From: Saccostrea echinata
Taxonomy: Eukaryota
Reading direction: 5' to 3'
NCBI RefSeq assembly: GCF_033153115.1
Contig: NW_026889757.1
Span: forward strand, 9,734,001-9,798,000
DNA length: 64,000 nucleotides
Below the pieces are notes generated by a model. It saw only the letters and a program-made list of their open reading frames with translations. It was not told the origin of the DNA and made no database searches. Below, in pieces: positions 26,601 through 38,900 of the stretch. The position numbers and the translations under genes are program-made. Each line of letters starts with the position of its first letter. Within the stretch, counting starts at the first letter, position 1.

Positions 26601-27687
26601 GTTATAAAAATGTACTTTGCTAGGACATTTATAACATAAACAAATTTGATTAATCGCAATATGCTACCAAACTGTGGATTAATATTTTACAATTGTTCAG
26701 TAATATGTGCCAAAAGTGACTTTATTTGTTTTGTTGCAATGGAAAATTTGCTGTTGCCATGGAGATAAGTATCTTTACAATAATCTTGGTTTGCAAAATT
26801 GTCTCAGATATATTTTCTTATTTTAAACTGTGTTTTTGTACTCTCAGATAGCAGTTTATTAGATTAATAGTTTGCACATTGTACGATTTTCCATTTTTAT
26901 TTATCAAAACATCCATTTTTGTTGCTAAGCAACAGATTGGAATTTTCAAAAACACACCTTTTTGAATTTAATGTCCAAAAGAGACATTCCTCTGCTTTTA
27001 TGCGAAAAATTTACAACTCCTGTATTATACCAGAAGTTTGACTTATAAGACCTTGAAAAGTACCAAAATCATCAAAAATGCTGAATCAGCAAAAAACACA
27101 AAACATACATATCTACCCATGTCTAGCACAGATATATCTCAAATTCTTATTTCTATGTGAAAACACTTTAAATTTTTGTCTTTACGATAAGAATAAATAA
27201 GAATAAATCTAAATATTCACAATCAATTTCAAGCCATAAAGATTAGTGATTTTTTTGTCCATACACATGGAAAATTGACTGGTTGCTAGGGAAATTTCTT
27301 ACGCCATGTTTCCATAGTAACCATGACCCAAAACTTTTTTCACTTTCCATACATGGTTTATAGCGCAAGAGAAATCTATGGGTTGAAAATCGTCTGATTT
27401 TAAGAACCCTCATGATTCACTGTCAAACCTACTTTGCCTGATTCTTACAGACACTTGTACTTAAGTAATTGCAATATCAATAACATATCATGAAAGAGTT
27501 GATAAATCTCAGATTAGGCTTTAAATTTAAGAAAAATCAAAGAGAACATGAATTAAAAATATGACTAAAAATATATGTTGTACAAATTTTACTATATGCG
27601 TTATTGTTTGTGTATTATTTACCATTGTTTAATAGCATAGATCAAATGAAAAGTAAAAGCAAGATGTAGCGACATTTGTGTCATTAC

Positions 27688-27927
27688 CAGGCGCGGATCT
27701 AGGAATTGAAGTTAGGTGGGGGCACAAAAAGTAGGCAGGGGGTCTGGGTGAAGCCCTGGTGGGGGCCAGGGGGCGAAGCCCCCGGAAGCTCCTGGTTTTT
27801 AGAGATTTTTATAGGGTAAAATTGAGGTCTACCGAGTAGACATTTTTACATTTTCCCGACAAAACTATGATTTACGCGAACTTTGACAATTGGGGGGGGG
27901 GGTGCGCCCCCCTTAAATCCGCCTCTG
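27688..27927. mobile_element. GC-rich MITE with 5-bp TSD (hAT5-like)
   Basis: CAGGCGCGGATCTA...TAAATCCGCCTCTG flanked by ATTAC on both sides. Confidence 0.7.
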
Positions 27928-29526
27928 ATTACATCGTTCGATTTGTGCAGCATTCCCAAAGAAACTAGATCATTTATAGCCATTTATATTCTATTACAGA
28001 AATAAAACTATATAGTCCAAAGACCAGTAATGGGTTAAATAAAAAAAATATCATCAACATTGACTGCCAGTAATCAAGTTCAGACTTTTACGGTATTTCG
28101 CTATCTATTCAACCATCTCTATCCAGTAAAATCAAAGCCCAATTAGTCTTTTAAAAATTGTCACAATGTCAGCTTCCTTTAATCTTTACTCGGGTTTCAA
28201 AATTCTATAATTATTAAAATGATGTATATTTCACACGCTCCAGAATTTAAAACACTCTCGTACGTAAGGCAGTATGTCACTGATATGTTAAAAAAGAAAA
28301 AAAAGGATTCAATACAATACTTTATCTTTACAATTTTGCGAGAATGTTGACTTTGTTGCCCTTGAATGTATACACTTCTGATAAGAACAAGACAAAATGA
28401 TTAAGGATCCCAAGTTTTATTCCATTTGAATCGCAATAATTATGTAACATACAGGGCTACTATATTTGTATGAGTTTCACACGAGCCGTTGCTAAACAAT
28501 TTGAAGAGACATCAGGACAAAAGTCTTAAAAATCAGTTACACTGTTTAAGTTTGTAACGATGTCAGAAACTTGAGCAAAGAAAGAATTAAATGTCAAGGT
28601 GTGCCTGACTTGAGCACTAGATTTTTACCCCGTTTTTATATTTCTTTTCTTATTATGGAGTATATTTCACAAAACCCGAGTACATATGAATGGATCTTGT
28701 ATCTGACTTCAAGAAACAATGACATTGCACGGTTTTAGAAATTCCACAATTCTTAGAATTGGATTATATAATCAACAGGAAATGTCTCAGTTATAGAAAT
28801 TCTAACCGTTTAAGAAACACCTCATCAAAAGATTTGGGTATTAATCTGAAAGTACAAACAAGTACTTGTAAGACGGTGACATTTCAAATATATGGAATGA
28901 TAACCATTTTTAATATGAGAAAAAGATTTCTTTTTTCCAAAACAAATTAAACATTAAAAAAATCATACATATTTTTACCCTGTTTTACAATGATTTACAG
29001 TGTAACCACTTTACATGGTACAGTTAGAGTCAGGTCGAAAAAAATATGTTAGTTGTATATTTGATGAAAATCCTCATTATTTTGTTAAACATTCGAAAGC
29101 GGTTGTGTAGCGCATGTTCCTAAATTTTTTTAAATTTTAAAGCCTGTAAGTACTGCAGTTCAAAATCAGTGAAGCATGACTAAGAGAATCAATAGAAGAC
29201 GAATCCATAGAATAGACTGACAACCAGGAAGACAAATTAAAGAATTTAAAGGGAGTGGAACCTTCAGTGCATTGGTTTAACAGATTAATGCTTTACTGAA
29301 GACGTATTATTTAAAACAATTAGTTAGAGAGGAGTTTTAAAAGAGGTTGGAGAGATTCCTTAATTATGTTTATTTTTCCATGATAGTCAGAAAGCAATCT
29401 CTCCCTTCAAAGACCATGACAACAACAAACAGAAATTAAAAAAAAAAAATTGGAATTGGTGCTTCACCAACCTTTCATACTCTTCTAAACGGAACATATT
29501 TCGGGCTATCTGATGACCACATAGAT

Positions 29527-29910
29527 ATGGAATATTTTGGAAAATCAAAAAATGATGATTATCGAAGATCTCATGGACCAAATCCAGAATATTTTCCCGA
29601 TAATCCAGGAAGGAGAGAACTTCAGAGTTCCAGGAAAACAACTCCCAGTAATACATTTGAAAATTTGAATGGAAACGTAGACAAAATTTCTCAACAAACA
29701 AGATCTGTCGATGGAACAGTCAATGGGAGAAATCTGCCTATTGGTAGTTCAAATGTGTTTTATGGATATGGCGGTCCCTTCCGCTTTGATGACGACACTG
29801 ATGGAAGCTCTGAGACCTATTCCATGCAGGATTTCAAAATTCAACCATGGATGGATAAAATTACGGGTGGCACATTCAAAAAGAACTACATAGATCGAGT
29901 GTCATTTCGG
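29527..29910 (+). CDS. Gene A exon 1: cytoplasmic N-terminus
   Basis: MEYFGKS...YGYGGPF...FKIQPWMDKITGGTFKKNYIDRVSFR|gtaaga. No signal peptide. Homologous to 62867-63277. Confidence 0.88.
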
Positions 29911-32900
29911 GTAAGAATATATCTTGATGTTTTTGTTTAAATGTTGATTTTTTGTAACTTTGCAAGGATAAAAACACTAATTTACTTAACTTGCATTCAG
30001 TTAAAATTCATTTTTTATGCTAATACAGGTCTAATGTTAATGCAGTGATACAGAAATAATTTGAATGAAAGTGAAAGAGAAAGTTAATATCTAATTGAGG
30101 AAGGTTACAAGTTTGAATCTGAGGGCGTGCTTGATTTAGCTAAACTTGGTGTACACCAGTGTGCACTGGTGTGAAAGGTGGGGGTGTATAATCAAGTGCA
30201 TTTTACGAGGTGTAGTGTATATGGTGTAGTATATGTTTTGCATCTCGCCCTTTTGGAGCTAAAATGTTTTGGTTTAAAGTGAAAAGAAAATTAAAATACA
30301 TTAAGAATTGACTAAATTATTTAAAATGGTTAAAAAATAATTTCAATGTCATCACTTACACATAAAAGACAACTTGAATGTGATTTCTTATCCTTTATAT
30401 TACATAAAATCATTTCTTAAATTTTCAATCGTACCATTCTCCGTCATATTGGATTCAGTGTACACCTTTCAACACATGCCCTAAATTTGGTGTGAGAAAG
30501 TTTACACCGAGTGTACACCAAAAGTCTACACCCATGCACTTGATTAAGAAAGATGTACACGGTGTAAGCGGTGTAAGTAAATCAAGCGCGCCCGTCATGA
30601 TTATAGGACTCGGGTGTAAATTAAAAAAAATATTATAGTTCTTGCATATTGCACTAGCAAGAGGGTTACCACAGTCTTCCGAGAAACCTTTAGGAATTCA
30701 ACCGAAGTCAATTTTGAATCAGAACCAGAGGTATTTTTGCCGTTTGTTCTAATAATACCTCCTAGTTCATTGGATTTTTCTAAGAAACCTTAGAATACCT
30801 GGAGTATCTCCGAAAGATAAGTCGCGTGAGGTATTTACGCCTACCTGAGAAGTTGTTTAAATAAGTCTCTAACAATATTTTTTCTCCAACAATAAAGCTA
30901 AATTTAACATTAATCTTGTGATCCAATGAATTTGAATAGTTTTTTCATAATTGTTTTACTGGAAAGAACATTCATTTAAATGCTAGAATGATACGAATAA
31001 AACAAAATATTTTCACAAAAAATTGCATTGAAGCAAACATTTTGAAAAGTGTATTACTAAATTCCTAAAATTCTAGTCGGTGAACTTAATTATCAAATCT
31101 TGAAATCTTATAATATTTCAAAGGAAAGCAGGAGTTACTTGTAGTTCCTTTGATTTTTCAAACAAGAAGATACGGATGGTTGTATGCACAGATATACACG
31201 ATATAGGTCAGACAGTAAATTGTTAGTTACTTCAAATTTTACGAGAGAATGATATGCAGAGAAAATCAATGCTGTCATTCTCAAATTAAAATTTATTTAA
31301 ATAAAAGATAACACCAAACAAAGGTATTTAATGTTGATAACATACCCGTTTGATTAGTTTACCTAATATTCCCCTAGGTAGCATCTCTGGGTTTATATTG
31401 AAGCATATTTAATATATTTGGAATGAATAATTGTGAAAATGAGAAGAAACTTGGCAATGCTATTTTTGCAGCATTTTACGGAATATCTATACACATATCT
31501 AGCAGTGGTTTTGTCTGCTATCTAATTTCAAAACCTTAAATTTTTAATATGTCAATCTGTCTGATATATAACTACAAAATATTTGATCAATAGTTTTATT
31601 TTGCCATGTCATATTACCAGGTGGACTGTCACTTTGAGTGAGTTAATTATTTAGTGTTTATTTAAAAATTTATTCTTTAGCACTATTTATAAAACTGACT
31701 CATGACGTATGTTGCCCACATTTATCAGTAATAATGTCTTTAAATATGATTTCTTTTTAACTTTCGGGGATTTGGAACCTGGCACTGTCCCTGATACTGC
31801 CCAACCCATTGAAATATAAAGGACTCCAATTGTCATTACCACCCTTCACTGTAAACTAAAAAACGCATAAACGGTCTGTGACAATATATTTGATAGTATT
31901 GTAGAAATGTTTTCGTTTTGGAATACTGTTGATTGACCCTTACATGTATTTCATTCCTTTTAAGGTTTCAATATAGAAGTATTTCCAAAAGTAACGATAA
32001 CAAATAAATTTTAACAATAATTTTACATGTTATTTAGAAATTATAATTATTATACTTTAATCTAAATCCTTCAGTGGAACTTATAAAACTGTTAAAAAAT
32101 GTTTATATCCAAAGGGTTGAAATCAAAATCTTTCATTCTTTTTGTATCATGCTCCAAAAATCGTGAAATTCAGCAAGTAATGTATTGAAAAGTCTTATTT
32201 GTATTTCTCTTTACTAAATTCAGTTTTTAAATTTGAATAAAATTTTCTTAAATAATGTCTAGTTTGAGAAATTAATTTTAACATAATATATTTATAATAA
32301 GGTTACTGAATAAAGGTACATTCACCAGGATCAACTACAAACCCTACAAGGGATTTGATATATACCATCAAAACCACATTCTCTTTTAATTCTTGTGAAA
32401 ATGAGGTATTTCATTTTAGAACATAATACTAGTATGCAAAGTCACAGCTCCACAACGGTGAAGTGGCGTTTTGAATCATAGTGATCTCATAAGAATATTT
32501 ACAAGGTGTACATTCAATATTTGAAGACCACGGATAGGCTCTTTAATTTCATAAACTCTGAAAGCTAATAAGATATTACGTGAACATTAAATAAAAATTA
32601 CCATGATAGCAATTTAAATCTTAAATAGGAAAGAAAAAATGAGGAAAGAAACATGTTGAAGACAGAACGAAAGGAGGGATTGTTATTTTCTCCAAACCGT
32701 AAATTTTCAAAGCGGAGTTCTTTGTTTTTAAATTCTATTAATTTTGAACACTATCTCATATTGAATGATTACGATGTGTGTGTGTGTGAGGGTGTGTGTG
32801 TGTGTGTGTGCCTTTAATTTTTCAATATTATATATTAGAAAACAAATCTACATGTTGTAATTTACAGTTGTCCCCGACCCCTCAATAATAACATCTACTT

Positions 32901-35900
32901 GATGATCTTCTAATGGGCCTGCACGAAAATAAATTCTAAATGAGAAGATAAACTTTATCTTTCATAGTACTGTCAATTAGTGTTTTTTAATCTTATTTAT
33001 TGAACAAATGTAAAATGTATAATAGTTCATTGTAGTTAATTGCTGCAATATATGTCATTCCTTTAAAGCATTAATTTTTCATATACCATTATCATTTACC
33101 ATTACAATTATTGTAAATGAACATGAAAATGTTTCTGATTGTGATGTCAAATTGAACAGTCAAATATATCATATAAAAAAGAATAATATTGATATTTAAG
33201 CCCTCACTCCATCATAACCCCCAAAGTAGGATGGACGATATTCGGCAGTTTCGAAGCAAGGAAAGTCCAAGTGAAACTGATTCTAAGGGAAGTAAATCGA
33301 GAACTATTGTGACCATTTTGAGCATAATTTCGGGGATCATATTAATCGGATGCATAGCAGGAACACTTGCATATTTTCTGTCACAAAAAGGTATTCATTC
33401 AATGTTCAGTTCCAAATTTGTATTTTTCTTTATACAAATTATAAAAAGGAATGTTCCATTTAATAAATTTTTGACTGAAAATAACAATTATACATGTTTG
33501 TATGTAAATAACCTTCAGTGGACATATCAAAACATTGTTTTGTATACTTTAACATAAATTATTTTTATTTAATTGAAGAAAGTGGAGATACCTCAATAAA
33601 ATATTGTAAGTATAATTTTTTTAATGAATTTTTTTTAATGTATTCTCAAATTAAGCAATAATAATTCTATGTAAATGTACAAGCATTTTGTAAATATATA
33701 AGAGCTGACAGCGATGTTACTTGTTTAACAGATGTAGCAACCGGTGAGCTCAGTTTGAATGAAATCTTCTATGAAGAACTGTCGAATTCATCTTCACAAG
33801 AATTCAAGAATTTGAGCTCCAAATTCTGTGGCGCAGTACGTATATCAAATATTCTCTTTTTCCACCACACCTGAACACTCCAATTATAAATATTTGTATG
33901 AATTATGATAAGCGGTATGTTGATCCATTGGTAAAAGCTAGATTGAGAGAATTTTTGTTCTTATTTCTTTTTTAACAGGCACGCAGTACAGTCATTCTAC
34001 AAAAACATGACCAATTAAGAATTTTTTATGTCGCTTACAAATTTACCGTTGTAATATCTTAACTATAAATTTAAAGATCTATTTCAACTCTAAGACTTAA
34101 CATACACACATGGTTTTATAAATTCTTACCGATATATATGCAGTTCAAGTTTTGATATGAACATAATGTAAAGTTGAAAAACGTATTCCACTGCAAATCT
34201 TAATGTCGCTTCATTTATTTACAAATTTCAAGATGAAATTTTCAGCCGTTCCGAATAGCGTTCCGAATGGTTTGCAATGAATGTTTAAAAAAAGTTTTTT
34301 ATTCTATACAAAAAGAAATCATGCAAACTAAAAAATCGATTTACTTCCGTAACGATTTTGTTTTAAATTTCAAACACAGAATGAAGGTTTAAAAAAGAAC
34401 TGAAACATATCTGAAAGTGACCACGGAATCTAATATCATCGATTCTAATTGCGAGTCAGCTTTTTTTTTAGACAATTACATTTTCGACATAACAAAATTA
34501 ATTAGACAAAAACAGTTGTCTCTCTTAAAAAAATTAACTTCCGTAACGGTAATTCAGGAAAGTTTTAGCATTAAAAGTATAAAAAAAAAAATTTTTTTTT
34601 TGGGAGCGAAATGCTTCACACTTACGTTTTATATCCAGAAGCAAACTATTTCATCTATTGTCGAGAATTTTAACTATTATTGCTGGGAATTAACTTCCAT
34701 AACGATTAACTTCCGTAACGATATTCCCCGAAATTTTAACTTAATTTCGGATTACTGCGAGACTTCATGAATCATACTTAAGCGTTCTCTACTAAACATC
34801 AGAAACGAAATATTGGTCAAATTCAGCTTTCATTATTTAAAAAATAATTAGACTTGATCAGCATTAACTTCCGTAACATTACATTAAAATCAATGGAATA
34901 TTGAAATTGTTAAAAATATATTGAAGTTGATGAAAAAGTTAGCGATACCAGATTTGTGGACAATTCTTTTTTTTTTCAAGTTCACTGATATGTCCTTTAG
35001 TGAATTATGATGTTCATTTTGCTATTTGAAACAATTATTTTTTTCATGTTTTATACCCCCAAATTGGTCCATTTATCGTAGAACGACTGAGTATCGTTTT
35101 TGAAAAAAAAGGGAGGCAGAAAAAATATTTTACTATTTGACAACTTACCTGGAAAAGACTTTGAAAAGCAAAAACAAAAAAGTCCAGACTCGAAAATCCT
35201 ACTTCATGTTTTAAATTAACTACGATGTAACAGTAATTTTTTCTCTCTCCATTTATTCATTATTATTGCAAATCACACTGGATATATATACACGAACAAG
35301 AAATTTAGAACCAAAATTCAATCCGTAGGTATTATTTGTTTTAAATGTTATACAGTTTAATAATTATACCTGTTCAAGGTATGATATGAATAAATATGTG
35401 TGACATTGTATTCAGATATTAAGCACCCTGCATGATGCTGTAGGGTTAACTTATATACTGTTATAGAGAGAGCTTGGTCAGAGCCCCATCCCTGGTAGCT
35501 GTTTTATATATCACTTTTAATGTTATAGGTCTGGGAAATGTTTGTTACTGACACGTTCGGATTAGAAATTCGTGTTTCAAGTCTTCTTAACTTTTCTTGT
35601 CGACATTAATAATTTTTCTAAAGATTACAGAAGCATTGCAAAACTCCACAGAAAACGGGGATAAATACAGACTATGTGAAGTTAGAGATTTCAGGTTAGA
35701 ATCTTTTACATTTCCAAAAATCTTAAGTTCAAGATAAAAGACAATTAGAATTCTCCTAGCAGAGCCATTGTGATTTTTAGTGGGATATTGCTTTATAAAT
35801 ATGTTAAATTTATGAAATATTGCCACAAATGTACGATTATAATTATGGCTCCGATTAAATGCTACTTCCACAGAAACGGGAGCATAATAGTTCGATTCAA

Positions 35901-38900
35901 AGTGTATTACGTTTACACGGCCACTGTCACTATCACCAATGAGACGGTTGAGAAGGATCTGAATAACTCTTTAACATCCAAAGATGCCAATCTCGCACAG
36001 CTTTCAACTTTAGTTATTATAAAAGTGACTTTGAAAATCACAGTCGAAGTGGAGACTTTCCGAAAAGAAAACGATCCTGTTGCAACCAATTCATTACCTT
36101 CTACAACTCCATCCCCAACAACAAAAGCAACTACTATACCGTCAACAGAAAGCACAGGAAGCATATTTTCTTCAGAACCCTCAACTGATGCTACAACAGG
36201 AACAAATATAACAAGAGTAACCACTACAACAACACCGACCACAACAACACCGGCCACAACAACAATACCGATCAGTACAATAACATCGACAACTTCAACA
36301 CCAACCACAACAACAACATCGACCGGTACAACATTAACCACTTTAACAACACCTTCCACCATTACAACACAAATAACTACAAAATCGACACATACAACAA
36401 CACAAACCACTACAACAACAGCAACGGCAGCTACAACACCGTCCACTACAACAACACCGTCCACTACAACAACAACGCCGTCCACTACAGCAACACCGGC
36501 CACTACAACAACACCGACCGCTTCAGCAACTCAATTGACCACAACAACAGCAGCTACCACCACCACAACACCGACCAGTTCAACAATGCCCACCACTACA
36601 ACAACATCTACTACTACATCACCACCCTCTTCAATGATAACGACCAATACAACAACACAGATCACTACAACACTGACTACTACTACAACACCGACCTCTA
36701 CAACAAGACCAACCACTTCTACAACACCGATCACTACGACAACAGCAGCATATATAACAACACCAATGACTGCAACAACAGAGAACACAAACAGTAGTAA
36801 ACTACCGAGGACGACGGAAACATTGGACACCACAACCGAAGGCACAAAATTGAACATTACAACAACAACAATGACAAACGAAAACACATCTGACAGTGAA
36901 ACGCAAACGTCTTCGTCAAACACTGCGATGTCAACTGAAAGAATGACACTAACTACAACTACAGATAGTACAACACTGGTAACCACTGAAACAGAAATCA
37001 TGACAGAAAAAACAATACCGGTGACAGCTAAAACAGAAAGGACGACAGAAAGTTCAATACCGGCAACACTAAACTCAACTGAGAGTATAAAGCCAACGAC
37101 TACAACAGTAGAAGATATCATGACTTCCACCGAAGGAACAACGCTATCGATGACAATCACAGCAGAAAGAAAAATAGATACGGCATCACCAGACGAGACT
37201 TCAAAGCCGACGACTACAACAGAAACAAAAAGTACAACAGACAGTACAACACCATTGACTTCTTTGGCATCATCAACCGACAGTACAATAACACAGACTT
37301 CAATAGCAACAGTAAGCACCGTCTCTACGGAGCCATCAACGAAAAGTACAACATCAGAATCGACATCAAAAATTGAAAGCTCAACATCTACAGAAATGTC
37401 AACCAACAGTACAAAACTAACAACGCCAACAACAGAGATCATTACATCTAAAGTACCAACAACCAATAATACAGATCAATCGACTTCAATAACAACTGAT
37501 AGCATAACATCTTTTGCATCACCTAGTGCTACATCAAAAATAAACCAAACAACTTCAGAAAGCACAACCGAAAGCACTACAGAAAATATGTCACAAATAT
37601 CTACAACTGTGTCAGCAGATAGCACAACTCGCGTTATAACACCAACAATGGAGACGACTTCTAGGACACAGGAATCAACGCAATGTAACGATTGTGTCAC
37701 AGATTCTACAGTAGACACAACAGCTTCATCAGACTTTACAGTTCAAAGTACACTTGAAACAACTGCTGCTGTAGTCATGGAATATACAGCAGGTTTGTTT
37801 TCATTGATTGGTATAAAGGTCACTTAAATTATACTGTTTTCTCTAAAAGGCAATTTTTAAAAGGAATCTTCTTATGTGTTTATCTTGTTAAATTCATACT
37901 TTACTATTCATGATTCTTACGTTTGTAGTGCCGTTATTTTGTTAATCGCCATAGATATTCATAATCAAGGTAACCCCTGATAATTACTGTACAATTTGTT
38001 GATTCCATGAGATAATAATTTTTATATGCACCAGCTCTTGTGTGGTAATATTTACTCTGCGTCAATCTTACATCCTAATAATATAGTAACCTATAGTTAT
38101 GATTTAAATTCTTCTGTCACATGTGGTCCATTTTTAATAACTTTAATTTTCGAAGAACTTACATCTTTGTCCTCCATAACTGTTCAACACAAAAGATAAA
38201 CAAAACAAACCATTTAATACATAATGTAAATTAAAACTTAAACTTTCAACAATTCTTGAAAGGCATGCGACAAATGATTAAATAGGACTTTTTGTTTTGA
38301 ATATAATTTATTATAATGTTTTTTCTTTGTTATCGTCTCAGACGTCAGAGTCCCGAGGATCACTGCAATCGTCGGGGAAACTACTACAGCACAAGGATGT
38401 ATAGTCATCCCACACGGCGAGTGGCTGCATGTAGATCTATCAATCGATTATAACAGTTCATCACACGTCATTGCAAAGTTGGATCACAACAAAATATTTC
38501 AAAAACCGACTTCTGTTGACAGATTTAACGGTAGCATTGACATGAATGGTGATGATATTGTTGTTACATTAACGGTTGATTTAACATCACCAAAATCAGA
38601 CTTTTGCACATGGGACGGCCGATACATCGTCACATGCTCCGTGATTATGAATGATACAATGCAAACCAGACAAACTAATGGGAGTCAGATTTCAATTACA
38701 GGTAATAACTTCTTTTAAGTGGGAAGGGATATGCATTACGATATCGCTAACTATAACAAAGCAGACTGTGGGAAGTTTTCTACCGAGAGATGATGACTGA
38801 AATATTTTGGGCCAAAAGTAGACCAATTACGTCAATATAACCAGACTAGTTCATATTAATTCTCAAAAGTTTGAATCTTTTATATACGGTATAGCGGTAT

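Larger units (their letters stand above)
17411..27460. mobile_element. ~10-kb foldback-type element with long terminal inverted repeats
   Basis: 17411-~18750 is a near-perfect reverse complement of ~26125-27460, and weaker similarity continues inward. Both ends are flanked by TTAA. No transposase ORF seen. Confidence 0.8.

Noticed and set aside
35913-37718. Long Val-rich minus-strand ORFs (196, 311 and 80 aa)
   Set aside because: These are the antisense shadow of the ACN-rich mucin exon, whose reverse complement is depleted of stops.
35770-37827. 685-aa ORF as a standalone secreted mucin
   Set aside because: The first ~34 and last ~11 codons are intronic. The splice sites and the split SEA domain show it is an internal exon.
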